54,380 nucleotides of DNA from an uncultured Candidatus Saccharibacteria bacterium (lineage in GTDB: Bacteria; Patescibacteriota; Minisyncoccia; Phycocordibacterales; UBA5272). Positions 1 to 9,760 of the stretch are shown in pieces. The position numbers and the translations under genes are program-made. The DNA is taken from positions 1-54,380 of the forward strand of contig CAYMRR010000001.1 in the NCBI GenBank assembly GCA_964393005.1, in the 5' to 3' direction. Below the pieces are notes generated by a model. That model was given only the letters and a program-made list of their open reading frames with translations, was not told the DNA's origin and made no database searches. The first letter of the stretch is position 1; each line of letters opens with the position of its first letter.

Positions 1-273
1 TATTATATAGTGGTAAGTGAATTAGATCTTTTAAATAATTTCTCAGCTTTAGAGTTTATTTTGAAAAATAATATGCGGAGAGTTATAGTCATAGCTTATA
101 CCAAGACAGGTCATGAAGAAATAAATAAAGAAAATAAATTAAATGGCAAGCTTATTAATTTAGGATTTGATACTTTAGTGGTAGACGGTTCTTCTTCAGC
201 TAATATTTGTGAAGCTATTTCTTATGCTAAAAATCTTACTAAACCTAGTATTATTTTAGCAAATATAAATTAA
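1..273 (+). CDS. 3' end of a transketolase N-terminal-subunit-like gene (frame is open to the window start; the track start at 10 is an internal GTG)
   Basis: The tail LVVDGSSSANICEAISYAKNLTKPSIILANIN resembles the VDGHD...A..AK...KP..I end of split transketolase N-subunits, but the canonical HD is SS. It lies directly upstream of the C-subunit-like ORF. Confidence 0.4.
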   Translation, partial: YYIVVSELDLLNNFSALEFILKNNMRRVIVIAYTKTGHEEINKENKLNGKLINLGFDTLVVDGSSSANICEAISYAKNLTKPSIILANIN

Positions 274-277
274 AAAT

Positions 278-1327
278 ATGTTACATAAAAATCTATTTCA
301 GCAAAACAAAGAAGAATATCAAAATCAAATAGAAAAAGTTTTTTTTACTTTGGCTGAATTTGATGATGATACCAATCTCATAGTAAAAGTAGATAATTTA
401 GAAGGTGTTAGTAAAGATCTCACTCATATTTTTCCAGCAGAAGAAGCGGTACAGATAGGAGCTATTTTATCTAAAAATCAAAATAAAAATGTATTTTTAA
501 TAAATGAATCATACAATGAAGATTTAAAAAACATTCATACAGGTTTGATGGATAATTTTTATAAATTGTATTCTGGTTTTTCTAAAACTGTATTTAAATT
601 TTTAAATAATAAAGAAAAAGAAGTAAACCTTTCTTTTTTAAATATACAATCTCCTCTTGTTTATCAAAATAATAAATTAGAAGAATCTCTTTATATAGAC
701 AATCCTGAAATAAAAAATGATATAGCTTTGTTTAGAAATCTTGGAGCAGTCAATATTTTTGTACCCGCAGATGCCAATGAGGCAAGATATTTATTAAAAG
801 TAACTGAGAAAAGTTTTTTTAAAGATTTACGAAATGATTTTTCTTATTTTAGATTATCTGGAGTATCTGCTCCAAAAATTTTTGATGAAAATTATTTTGA
901 AAAAGAAGGTAATTTGAAAGAATGGACAGGAATACCAGAAATAGTATACGTTTCTAGAAATTTAGATTCTCCTTTTGAAATAGGGATTATAGCTTCAGGC
1001 CCCATTCTTTATAATGCTATCTATGCTGCTAAAGAATTAGAAAAAATGAATTATAAAGTAGTAGTCTTAAATATGTCTTTAATAGCTTCTAATGATAAAT
1101 ATAAAAATGAGAAAATAAGAGGTTTTATACAAAATTTTGTAGATACCTATAAAAATATACTTACAATAGAAGAGCATTCTAAAATAGGAGGGATGGGGAG
1201 TTTAATAGCTGAAATAGTAGCAGAAAGTAGTGACGATAAATTTGTAAGAGTAGAAAGGATGGGGCTTGAAGATGATCTTTCTCCTAGAAATATTATTTCT
1301 CGAGCAGAAGAGATAACAAGACTTTAA
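278..1327 (+). CDS. transketolase C-terminal-subunit-like protein, divergent
   Basis: The C-terminal half matches the transketolase Pyr/C-terminal domain pattern (NIFVPADANEA, IIASGPILYNAIYAAKELEK, LTIEEHSKIGGMGSLIAEIV). The N-terminal half is highly diverged. Confidence 0.6.
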   Translation: MLHKNLFQQNKEEYQNQIEKVFFTLAEFDDDTNLIVKVDNLEGVSKDLTHIFPAEEAVQIGAILSKNQNKNVFLINESYNEDLKNIHTGLMDNFYKLYSGFSKTVFKFLNNKEKEVNLSFLNIQSPLVYQNNKLEESLYIDNPEIKNDIALFRNLGAVNIFVPADANEARYLLKVTEKSFFKDLRNDFSYFRLSGVSAPKIFDENYFEKEGNLKEWTGIPEIVYVSRNLDSPFEIGIIASGPILYNAIYAAKELEKMNYKVVVLNMSLIASNDKYKNEKIRGFIQNFVDTYKNILTIEEHSKIGGMGSLIAEIVAESSDDKFVRVERMGLEDDLSPRNIISRAEEITRL

Positions 1328-1336
1328 AAAATCTCT

Positions 1337-2677
1337 ATGATATACTCTTTTAATATGAAAGAGTTTTCTTTTAATATACTTAAAAAATCAAAAGAAGTAC
1401 CACTTGCTAGAGCTGGGATTATTCATACACCGCACGGAAGTATAGAGACTCCAGCTTTTATACCAGTAGGAACGAAAGCTACTATAAAAAGTATTTTACC
1501 AGAAGATTTTGAAGACTATGTAAAAGCAGACGCTGTACTAGCCAATACTTATCATCTTTATTTAGAGCCTGGAAATCAAATAGTAAAAGATCATGGAGGT
1601 TTTGCTAAAATGATGAATTATAAAGGTCCTACTTTTACAGATTCTGGAGGGTTTCAAGTTTTTTCTTTAGGGACAGCTATGGGTGTCGGAGTTTCTAAAA
1701 TAGCTAAAAGAGAAGATTTAGCAAATAATAATATAGACAAAAATCTAATATCCAAAAATAAAATATCTTTAATAAAAAAAATTAAATTATTTTTAAATTT
1801 TAAAAATAAGGAAAAAGAAAATAAATTAGAATCTAATAAAAAAAGTCTGGTAAAAATAAGTGAAAATGGAGTAGAGTTTCGAAGTGTTATAGATGGTAGC
1901 AAACACTTTTTTACTCCAGAAAAGTCTATGGAAATACAGCATGATCTGGGAGCTGATATTTTTTTTGCTTTTGATGAGTGTACCAGCCCTTTAGCTAATA
2001 AAAGTTATCAAATAGAAGCTTTAGAAAGGACTCACGGGTGGGCTAAAAGAAGCTTAGAGCATCATATAAAATTGGGTAAATCTTCTTCTACTGGAGAAAG
2101 TCAAGCTCTTTATGCTGTAGTGCAAGGTGGAACTTATGAAGACCTTCGAAAATTGTCAGCTAAAACTTTAGGAGAAATGAATGTAGATGGGAAATATTTT
2201 GATGGTTTTGGAATAGGGGGGAGTTTTACCAAAGAAGATATGACTAAAATCTTAAAAATAACCAATGAAAATCTTCCAGAAAATAAACCAAGACACTTTT
2301 TGGGTATAGGAGAAATAGAAGATCTTTTTTTTGGAATAGAAAACGGTATAGATACTTTCGATTGTGTTTCTCCAACCAGAATAGCTAGAAATGGAAGTCT
2401 TTATACTAAAAATGGAAGAATAAATCTTTTAAATAGTAAATATAAAAAAGATTTTAGCCCTGTGTGTGAAGATGTTAACTGTTATGCTAATAAATATACA
2501 AAAGCTTATTTAGCTCATCTTTTTCGAAGTAAAGAAATGATAGCTTCTACTATAGCTTCAATTCACAATTTACATTTTATAGTGTATTTGGTTAAAGATA
2601 TAAGGCAAAGCATATTAGATGATAGATTTTTAGAGTTTAAAAAAGAGATTTTAGAAAATTATTATAAAAAGTCATGA
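1337..2677 (+). CDS. tgt: queuine tRNA-ribosyltransferase
   Basis: Motifs ARAGIIHTPHGSIETPAFIPVGT, DSGGFQV, FAFDEC, GIGG and FDCVSPTRIARNG are present. A Lys/Asn-rich insert of about 50 aa follows DSGGFQVFSLG. Confidence 0.9.
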   Translation: MIYSFNMKEFSFNILKKSKEVPLARAGIIHTPHGSIETPAFIPVGTKATIKSILPEDFEDYVKADAVLANTYHLYLEPGNQIVKDHGGFAKMMNYKGPTFTDSGGFQVFSLGTAMGVGVSKIAKREDLANNNIDKNLISKNKISLIKKIKLFLNFKNKEKENKLESNKKSLVKISENGVEFRSVIDGSKHFFTPEKSMEIQHDLGADIFFAFDECTSPLANKSYQIEALERTHGWAKRSLEHHIKLGKSSSTGESQALYAVVQGGTYEDLRKLSAKTLGEMNVDGKYFDGFGIGGSFTKEDMTKILKITNENLPENKPRHFLGIGEIEDLFFGIENGIDTFDCVSPTRIARNGSLYTKNGRINLLNSKYKKDFSPVCEDVNCYANKYTKAYLAHLFRSKEMIASTIASIHNLHFIVYLVKDIRQSILDDRFLEFKKEILENYYKKS

Positions 2678-3738
2678 GAAAAAGAAAAATAATAATATTT
2701 TTATTTATTATAATTATTTTTATTTTTAGTATTTTAAACTCAGATAGTCTTTTAAAGTTAAAAGAAAATTTTCAAAAAGAAAAAGTGGTAAATAATATTA
2801 AGCTTTTAGAAACCGAAGAAGAAGAAACTCAAATAGATAAAAAGTCAGAATTTTATAAATTAGATCTTTTATTTACTGGAGACATTATGCTTGATAGATA
2901 TATAAGAAAGCAAATAAATCTTTATGAAAAAGAAGAAGAATTTGTAGAAAAATTTTTTACCAATCTGTCAGTAATAAATAAAAAATATGATTATGTAGTA
3001 GCAAATCTAGAAGGGCCTATTACAGAAAATAAAACTAAAACTTATTTAGAAGATGGATCTTATACAAATATTTTACATTTTACTTTTCCTACCACTACAG
3101 GTAAAATTTTAAATTTATTAAATATAAAAGTAGTATCTTTAGCTAACAATCATACAGACAATTTTTATTATGAAGGGTTTTTGTCTACTAAAGATTTTTT
3201 AAATAAAGATAATATATTATTTTTTGGTAATCCTTATAATTTAAATACAGAAGAAGAAAGTCTTTCTAAAGTAGTTTGTGAGAATAATATTTGTATAGCT
3301 TATATTGCTTACAATTTATTTACCAAAGTAAATAGTCAAGAATTAATAAAAGAGGAAATTTTAAAATATAAAGAAAATCAAGATATAGATTTTATAATAA
3401 TTTATCCACATTTTGGAGAAGAGTATGAGCTTTTAGCAAATAGTATACAAGTAAATTATGCTAAATCTTGGATAGATGCGGGAGCCGATCTTATAATAGG
3501 GGCTCATCCTCATGTAATACAAAATAAAGAAATTTATAAAGGTAAATATATTTATTATTCTCTTGGAAATTATATTTTTGATCAATGGTTTAATGAAGAT
3601 GTAAAAAAAGGTTTGGCTTTAGGGTTTACTTTTAAAAAAGAAATATTAGCTAATGAAGAAGTAATAAAAGATATAAAACTTAAAGAAGAGCTAATAATAG
3701 AAATAGATAAAAACAGAATAAAATATTTAGAAAATTAA
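2674..3738 (+). CDS. CapA/PGA_cap family metallophosphatase-like protein with an N-terminal membrane anchor
   Basis: Motifs GDIMLDR, NLEGP, LANNH, HFGEEY, GAHPHV and SLGNYIFDQ are present. The start overlaps the tgt stop in an ATGA overlap. Confidence 0.7.
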   Translation: MRKRKIIIFLFIIIIFIFSILNSDSLLKLKENFQKEKVVNNIKLLETEEEETQIDKKSEFYKLDLLFTGDIMLDRYIRKQINLYEKEEEFVEKFFTNLSVINKKYDYVVANLEGPITENKTKTYLEDGSYTNILHFTFPTTTGKILNLLNIKVVSLANNHTDNFYYEGFLSTKDFLNKDNILFFGNPYNLNTEEESLSKVVCENNICIAYIAYNLFTKVNSQELIKEEILKYKENQDIDFIIIYPHFGEEYELLANSIQVNYAKSWIDAGADLIIGAHPHVIQNKEIYKGKYIYYSLGNYIFDQWFNEDVKKGLALGFTFKKEILANEEVIKDIKLKEELIIEIDKNRIKYLEN

Positions 3739-3795
3739 TATTAATTTAAATTAAGAAAGATTTACTATATAAAGAAAATAGTATATTATTTAAAG

Positions 3796-5823
3796 ATGGA
3801 AAAAAATTCTCAAAAATTTAAAATTATTTCAAAATTAAAGCCTGCTGGAGATCAGCCAAAGGCTATTTCAGATTTAGTAAAAAATATAAATATTTCTAAT
3901 ACTGATAGTAGAAAGCTTACACTTCTTGGGGCTACAGGCACAGGAAAGACTTTTACCATAGCCAATGTTATAGAAAAAGTACAAAAGCCTACTTTAGTGA
4001 TAGCACATAATAAAACTCTAGCTGCTCAGCTCGCAGAAGAATTCAAAACTCTTTTTCCAAATAATGCAGTCCACTATTTTGTTTCTTATTATGACTATTA
4101 TCAGCCGGAAGCTTATCTTCCAAATACCGATACTTATATAGAAAAAGATGCTCAGATAAATGAAGAAATAGATAGGCTTCGTCATGCTTCTACTCAAAGC
4201 CTTTTGACTAGAGACGATGTAATAATAGTAGCTTCTGTTTCTTGTATTTATGGTCTTGGATCTCCAGTAGAATATGAAAAAGTAAATAAAAGGATTTTTG
4301 TAGGACAGAAAATAAACAAAGTCGAACTTATGAAAACTTTTGTAAGCATTCATTATAAAAGGACAAATGCAGACCTTGCACCTGGATCTTTTAGAGCTTT
4401 TGGCAATAGGGTAGACATTATGCCAATGAGTGAGACTGTTATGCTACAAATAGAGATTTTTGATGGAGAAATAAAAAGCCTCACTATTACAGATCCTGTA
4501 TCTATGAGAGAAATAGAAAAAGTAAAAGACTTTTTTATTTTCCCAGCCAAGCACTTTATTTTAGATGAAATAACTAAAAAAGATGCTATCAAATCTATAC
4601 AAGCAGAATTAAAATCTAGATTAAAAGATTTAGAAAAAGAAGGAAAGCTTTTAGAAATAGAAAGATTAAAAAGAAGGACAATATATGACATTGCTAGCAT
4701 TAAAGAATTTGGATATTGCTCTGGTATAGAAAATTACTCTCGACATTTTTCTGGTAAAAAAGTAGGAGAAGCGCCAGACACTTTACTTGATTATTTTCAA
4801 AAAGACGGAAGAGATTTTCTTACTGTAATAGACGAGTCTCATGTTACTCTGCCTCAGCTAAGAGCTATGTATAATGGAGATCAAGCAAGAAAGCAAACTT
4901 TGGTAGATTTTGGTTTTAGATTACCTTCAGCAAAAGATAATAGGCCACTAAAGTATGAAGAATTTAAAGAAAAAATTAAAGACATAATATATATATCGGC
5001 TACTCCAGGAGATTATGAAAAAGAAAATTCTGATAGTATAGTAGAGCAAATAATTCGCCCTACAGGACTACTTGATCCAAAGCTTGAAATAAAGCCAGTA
5101 ATGGAAAAAGGAAAGTATAAAGGACAAATTTATGATTTTATAACTGAAACAGAAAAAGAGATAAAAAATGGAAAAAGAGTCTTGGCTACTACTTTAACAA
5201 AAAAAATGGCAGAAAATCTTGCAGAGTTTTTAAAAGAGAAAAATATAAAGGCAGAATATTTGCATAGTGAAGTAAAAACTCTTGATAGAATAGAAATACT
5301 TACAAGACTTCGAAAAGGAGAATTTGATTGCTTGGTAGGGGTAAACCTTTTAAGAGAAGGGCTTGATCTCCCAGAAGTATCTTTAATCGGAATACTTGAT
5401 GCAGATAAAGAAGGGTTTTTGAGAAGCGAAACATCTTTAGTGCAGACCATAGGTAGAGCTGCCAGAAATGTAGATGGCAGAGTAATACTTTATGCAGATA
5501 GAATGACTGGCTCTTTAGAAAGAGCTATAAAAGAAACAGAGAGAAGAAGAAAAATACAAGAAGCTTATAATAAAAAGCATAATATAACTCCAAAAACCAT
5601 AGTAAAAAATATTAGTGATATAGCTGAAAATATTAGAAAAGAAAGAAATAGATCTATTGGTTTAGAGCTGGAAATAGATCAAAAATTGTTTAAGAAAAAC
5701 CCTAATAAATTAATAAAGTTGAAAGAAAAGCAAATGATAGAAGCGGTAAAGATTTTAGATTTTGAAACAGCAGCCATACTTAGAGATGAAATAGCTATAT
5801 TAAAAGAAAAAAGTAAAAAATAG
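3796..5823 (+). CDS. uvrB: excinuclease ABC subunit B
   Basis: Walker A GATGTGKT, DESH box, helicase motifs and a C-terminal UVR domain (LDFETAAILRDEI). The length is typical. Confidence 0.97.
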   Translation: MEKNSQKFKIISKLKPAGDQPKAISDLVKNINISNTDSRKLTLLGATGTGKTFTIANVIEKVQKPTLVIAHNKTLAAQLAEEFKTLFPNNAVHYFVSYYDYYQPEAYLPNTDTYIEKDAQINEEIDRLRHASTQSLLTRDDVIIVASVSCIYGLGSPVEYEKVNKRIFVGQKINKVELMKTFVSIHYKRTNADLAPGSFRAFGNRVDIMPMSETVMLQIEIFDGEIKSLTITDPVSMREIEKVKDFFIFPAKHFILDEITKKDAIKSIQAELKSRLKDLEKEGKLLEIERLKRRTIYDIASIKEFGYCSGIENYSRHFSGKKVGEAPDTLLDYFQKDGRDFLTVIDESHVTLPQLRAMYNGDQARKQTLVDFGFRLPSAKDNRPLKYEEFKEKIKDIIYISATPGDYEKENSDSIVEQIIRPTGLLDPKLEIKPVMEKGKYKGQIYDFITETEKEIKNGKRVLATTLTKKMAENLAEFLKEKNIKAEYLHSEVKTLDRIEILTRLRKGEFDCLVGVNLLREGLDLPEVSLIGILDADKEGFLRSETSLVQTIGRAARNVDGRVILYADRMTGSLERAIKETERRRKIQEAYNKKHNITPKTIVKNISDIAENIRKERNRSIGLELEIDQKLFKKNPNKLIKLKEKQMIEAVKILDFETAAILRDEIAILKEKSKK

Positions 5824-5871
5824 GCTTAAAAATACATAATAAATCCAATAAAAATCAAGGGTGCAAAAAAT

Positions 5872-6684
5872 ATGGAATATGCTAGAATTGGGGCATACAA
5901 TAGAAAATATAGTAAAAATATGAAAAAGATAGATTTTAAAGATAAAAATACACTTATAAGATTAGCAGGTTTTGTAGTTGTTGTAGTGGCAGCTGTATTG
6001 ATTTATAAAGGTCTTCAAAACGAAGCTTTGAAAATAAACAATGCAAATAGCCGTTATGTAGATATAGCTAACAACGAAGATTATGCTAAATATGAAGGAA
6101 CTGTAGTTTCAGGAGAAAAAGCTTTAGACTTTTCTTTCTTATATAAAAAAGATTTTTCTGTAGCACAAGGTACTGAAAGTAAATCTAAATGGTTCCAACT
6201 TTATAATGAAGATGGTGAAAATTTTGTAACCTTATACTTTACTTTTGAAGGTAAAGAAGGAAGAAGTGCTGACGATTATATTAGTAAACATATAGTTGGT
6301 AATAGCGATATTGAAGTAGAAAGTATCAAATTTGCAGGAGATCAAGAAGAAACTGTAAAATATGTATTAGCTACTGAAGAAAATACAGAATACTATTTAG
6401 AAGAAATCAAGAGAGAAGATGGAGACAATTGGCTTATTATTGTAGAAAATAAAAAAGCTGATGAAGAAATTTATCAAGTATCAGCTAAAGATCTTATCAG
6501 AAGTTTTGAAGTAGTTCTAGATGAAGTTGAAGAAGAAAATGAGGCAGATGTAGAACTAGAAGATAATTCTCAAATTATTTTAGAAGTAATAGATACAGAA
6601 GAAAATTCTGTACCAGAAGGCTATAACGATATAGAAGATTTACAAGAAGTAAGTGATGAAGGGGAAGTAGAAGAAGTTGCTTAA
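5872..6684 (+). CDS. hypothetical membrane-anchored protein with a very acidic C-terminal tail
   Basis: Long ORF with one TM segment (LAGFVVVVVAAVLIY) and a Glu/Asp-rich tail. The true start may be Met17 at 5920, because an extended -10 like TGCTAGAAT lies at 5880-5888 inside the first 16 codons. Confidence 0.55.
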   Translation: MEYARIGAYNRKYSKNMKKIDFKDKNTLIRLAGFVVVVVAAVLIYKGLQNEALKINNANSRYVDIANNEDYAKYEGTVVSGEKALDFSFLYKKDFSVAQGTESKSKWFQLYNEDGENFVTLYFTFEGKEGRSADDYISKHIVGNSDIEVESIKFAGDQEETVKYVLATEENTEYYLEEIKREDGDNWLIIVENKKADEEIYQVSAKDLIRSFEVVLDEVEEENEADVELEDNSQIILEVIDTEENSVPEGYNDIEDLQEVSDEGEVEEVA

Positions 6685-6695
6685 TTTTACTTTTA

Positions 6696-6780
6696 ATTAA
6701 AAATAAAAACCCAATCTTTAAAAGGTTGGGTTTTTATAAATTTTAAAATAAGAGTGAATAGAAATGCTATATTCTCCCAT
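6696..6780 (-). ncRNA. candidate orphan short transcript, cassette F
   Basis: On the minus strand: TTGACA (comp 6811-6816), an 18-nt spacer ending TGG, and TATTAT (comp 6787-6792). Then AATATAATGGGAGAATATAGC..., ending at the 6705-6735 hairpin plus a T-run. It points against both flanking + strand genes. Confidence 0.3.
6705..6735. terminator. bidirectional intrinsic terminator hairpin
   Basis: AAAAACCCAATC / GGTTGGGTTTTT stem with a 7-nt loop and an A-run/T-run on either side. Confidence 0.7.
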
Positions 6781-6896
6781 TATATTATAATACCATATAT
6801 CTAAGCAAATTGTCAAGCTTTATTTTAATAATATTAAGAAACTTAAATTTTTCTTTATCAGCTATTTATATTTTTCTTTAGTAGTGTTATAGTAAT

Positions 6897-9590
6897 ATGA
6901 TGGCTAAAAATAATACAAATTCTAAAAAAGAAGAAAATAAAAAAATAGAAACTAGTGAAAAATCTAAAAAGATTATAGTTCGTGGTGCCAGAACTCATAA
7001 TTTAAAAAATATTACAGTAGAAATGCCAAGAAATAAAATGATAGTTTTTACTGGGCTTTCTGGAAGTGGAAAATCTTCTCTTGCTTTTGATACTATATTT
7101 GCTGAAGGTCAGAGAAGATATGTAGAGAGTCTTTCGGCTTATGCTAGACACTTTTTAAACCAAATGCAAAAGCCAGATGTAGATGAGATAGTCGGGCTTT
7201 CTCCAGCTATTTCTATAGATCAAAAAAGTGCAGGAAGAAATCCAAGGTCTACTGTAGCTACTATTACAGAGATTTATGATTATCTTAGAGTGCTTTATGC
7301 TCGTATTGGAAAGCCTTATTGTGTAGAGTGTGGAAGTAAAATAGAAAAGCTTTCTAATGATGAGATAATAAATTTTATATTAGAAAAAGTTAAAAAAATA
7401 GATTATAGAAAATTTGAAAAAGAAGTAAAAAGTATACAAGGGGTAAAATTTTCAAATCTTGGAGTAAAAATACTTGCTCCTATGGTAAGGGGTAGAAAAG
7501 GAGAATATTATCAGCTTATGTATGACATGCTTGGTAAAGGCTATACTGAAGCCATTATAGATGGAGAAAAGAAAAATTTAAGAGAAAGAGTAGAAATTTC
7601 TAAAACTAAAAAGCATGATATTTCTTTTTTAGTGGATTTTATTTTAATAGATGAATTAAAATTGTTAGCCAGTAAAAAAGATGCTCTAATTAGGCTTTCC
7701 GAAGCCATAGAAAGAGCGCTTGATGAGACTAATGGTCTTCTAGAAATAGAGCTAGTAAATGAAGCTGGAGAATTGGAAAAGTTTATTATGAGTAATAAAT
7801 TTGCTTGTGCAAATTGTGGATTTTCTTTTCCAGAAATAGAGCCAAGACTTTTTTCTTTTAATTCTCCTTATGGAGCCTGCCCAACCTGTAATGGACTTGG
7901 AACAAAATATTTTGGAGCTCTTGATGAATGTGAAGACTGCGGAGGAAAAAGATTAAGAAAAGAAGCTTTAAATGTATATTTAAATGATAAAGATATAAAA
8001 GAAAAAAAGAATATTGTAGAAATTACAGCCCTTAGTATAGAAGACAATAGAGAATATTTTGAAAAAATAAAGAAAAATATTTCTAAAAAAGATTTGGAAA
8101 TAGCAAAAGTAGTAATAAATGAAATAGAAGCTAGGCTCGACTTTATGCTTAATGTAGGATTGAACTATTTAAGCTTAAATAGAAGAGCAGATACTCTTTC
8201 TGGTGGAGAAGCTCAAAGGATAAGGCTAGCTTCTCAGCTAGGTAGTAGGCTAGTAGGAGCCTTATATGTGCTAGATGAGCCTACTATAGGTCTCCATCAA
8301 AGAGATAATGATAAGCTTATTAAAACTCTTTTAGAGCTTAGAGATTTAGGAAATACTATCATAGTAGTAGAGCATGATGAAGATACTATTTTTGCTAGTG
8401 ATTATATAGTAGATATTGGACCAAAGGCAGGAGTGCATGGTGGGGAAATAGTGGTGGCTGACTATTTAGATGATTTGCTTTTAGCTAAAACAAATAAATC
8501 TAGATCTAAAACTTTAGCCTATCTTAGAGGAGAAAAAGAAATAGAAATACCAAAAAAGAGAAGAGAGGGAAATGGAGCTTTTATCTCTATAACCAATGGA
8601 AATCTTTTTAATATTAAAAAGATGAATGTAAAAGTTCCTTTAGGAAAGTTTAATGTCATTACTGGGGTATCTGGATCTGGAAAATCTACTTTTATGTATA
8701 AAATATTGTATAAAAATCTTTTAGCTAGACTTGAAAGAAAATATCGAACAGTAAAAATATATAATTGTGATAGTGTGGAGGGTACAGAATATCTTTCAAG
8801 AGTAGTACTTATAGATCAGTCAGCAATAGGTAGAACTCCAAGGAGTAACCCTGCTACCTATACTGGAGCTTGGACTCATATTAGAGATCTTTTTGCAAAT
8901 ACTGAAGAAGCAAAAATTAGAGGCTGGAATGCTGGAAGATTTTCTTTTAATAGAGCAGGAGGAAGATGTGAAGCTTGCCAAGGTAATGGACAAATAGCTG
9001 TAGAAATGCACTTTTTGCCAACAGTATATGTGACATGTGATGTTTGTAATGGTAAAAGATTTACCAAAGAGACTTTAGAAGTAAAATATAAAGGTAAAAA
9101 TATTTATGATATTTTAAAAATGACAGCAGAAGAAGCTCTTAAGTTTTTTGAAGCTATACCCGCAATTTATGATAGACTCAAAACTTTAAATGAAGTAGGG
9201 CTAGGATATCTTGAGCTAGGGCAAAGTGCTACCACTCTTTCTGGTGGAGAAGCTCAAAGAGTAAAAATCTCTAGTGAGCTTTATAGAAGACATACAGAAA
9301 AGACTATTTATCTTTTAGATGAGCCATCTATAGGACTTCATTATGAAGATGTAAAAAATCTTTTAGAGATTTTGAATAGATTGGTAGATCAAGGAAATAC
9401 TATAGTAGTAATAGAGCACAATTTAGACATTATCAAAAGTGCTGACAATATTATAGATATTGGTCCAGAAGGAGGTAGTGGAGGAGGAAAAATAGTAGCT
9501 CAAGGTACTCCAGAATATGTAGCTAATGTAAAAGGCTCTTTTACTGGAGAATATTTAAAAAAAGTATTAAAGAAAAAAGAAGTAAAATAA
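6897..9590 (+). CDS. uvrA: excinuclease ABC subunit A
   Basis: Two ABC modules (GLSGSGKSSL, GVSGSGKST; LSGGEAQR twice) and Cys-rich zinc modules (CANCG, CPTCNG, CEACQGNG, CDVCNG). Confidence 0.97.
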   Translation: MMAKNNTNSKKEENKKIETSEKSKKIIVRGARTHNLKNITVEMPRNKMIVFTGLSGSGKSSLAFDTIFAEGQRRYVESLSAYARHFLNQMQKPDVDEIVGLSPAISIDQKSAGRNPRSTVATITEIYDYLRVLYARIGKPYCVECGSKIEKLSNDEIINFILEKVKKIDYRKFEKEVKSIQGVKFSNLGVKILAPMVRGRKGEYYQLMYDMLGKGYTEAIIDGEKKNLRERVEISKTKKHDISFLVDFILIDELKLLASKKDALIRLSEAIERALDETNGLLEIELVNEAGELEKFIMSNKFACANCGFSFPEIEPRLFSFNSPYGACPTCNGLGTKYFGALDECEDCGGKRLRKEALNVYLNDKDIKEKKNIVEITALSIEDNREYFEKIKKNISKKDLEIAKVVINEIEARLDFMLNVGLNYLSLNRRADTLSGGEAQRIRLASQLGSRLVGALYVLDEPTIGLHQRDNDKLIKTLLELRDLGNTIIVVEHDEDTIFASDYIVDIGPKAGVHGGEIVVADYLDDLLLAKTNKSRSKTLAYLRGEKEIEIPKKRREGNGAFISITNGNLFNIKKMNVKVPLGKFNVITGVSGSGKSTFMYKILYKNLLARLERKYRTVKIYNCDSVEGTEYLSRVVLIDQSAIGRTPRSNPATYTGAWTHIRDLFANTEEAKIRGWNAGRFSFNRAGGRCEACQGNGQIAVEMHFLPTVYVTCDVCNGKRFTKETLEVKYKGKNIYDILKMTAEEALKFFEAIPAIYDRLKTLNEVGLGYLELGQSATTLSGGEAQRVKISSELYRRHTEKTIYLLDEPSIGLHYEDVKNLLEILNRLVDQGNTIVVIEHNLDIIKSADNIIDIGPEGGSGGGKIVAQGTPEYVANVKGSFTGEYLKKVLKKKEVK

Positions 9591-9665
9591 TTTTACTATT
9601 ATTTTCTAATATGCTATAATATTTGAACTAAAAGTCTTGTTCTTTTTGAATTAGATTTTTAGTAT

Positions 9666-9749
9666 GCGTCGGTGGTAGAGTGGTCAATTACAACAGACTG
9701 TAAATCTGTCGCCCTTCGGGCTACGTTGGTTCAAATCCAACCCGGCGCA
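9666..9749 (+). tRNA. tRNA-Tyr (anticodon GTA), long variable arm, no encoded CCA
   Basis: Hand fold: acceptor GCGTCGG/CCGGCGC, anticodon arm ACAGA-CTGTAAA-TCTGT, variable hairpin GCCC-TTCG-GGC, T arm GTTGG-TTCAAAT-CCAAC. Confidence 0.9.
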
Positions 9750-9760
9750 CAAAATGTTTT

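Noticed and set aside
4018-4700. Two minus-strand ORFs (111 and 115 aa) inside uvrB, and similar antisense ORFs inside tgt, uvrA, leuS, rpoB, rpoC, gatB, miaA, RSH, topA, smc, dprA, rnr and the KH gene
   Set aside because: Each is fully nested antisense to a strongly supported housekeeping CDS. They are low-complexity Ser/Phe/Ile/Leu-rich translations typical of AT-rich antisense frames and have no promoter or start context.
5848-5890. Possible sixth, partial copy of the cassette: ATAAAAATCAAGGGT plus TGGAATATGC, resembling cassette A's upstream ATAAAATCAAGGGT and GGAATATGC
   Set aside because: It has no TTGACA box and no terminator. The similarity is better explained as an ordinary extended -10 promoter (TGCTAGAAT) for the downstream membrane-protein gene. 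It is kept only as a caveat on that gene's start codon.
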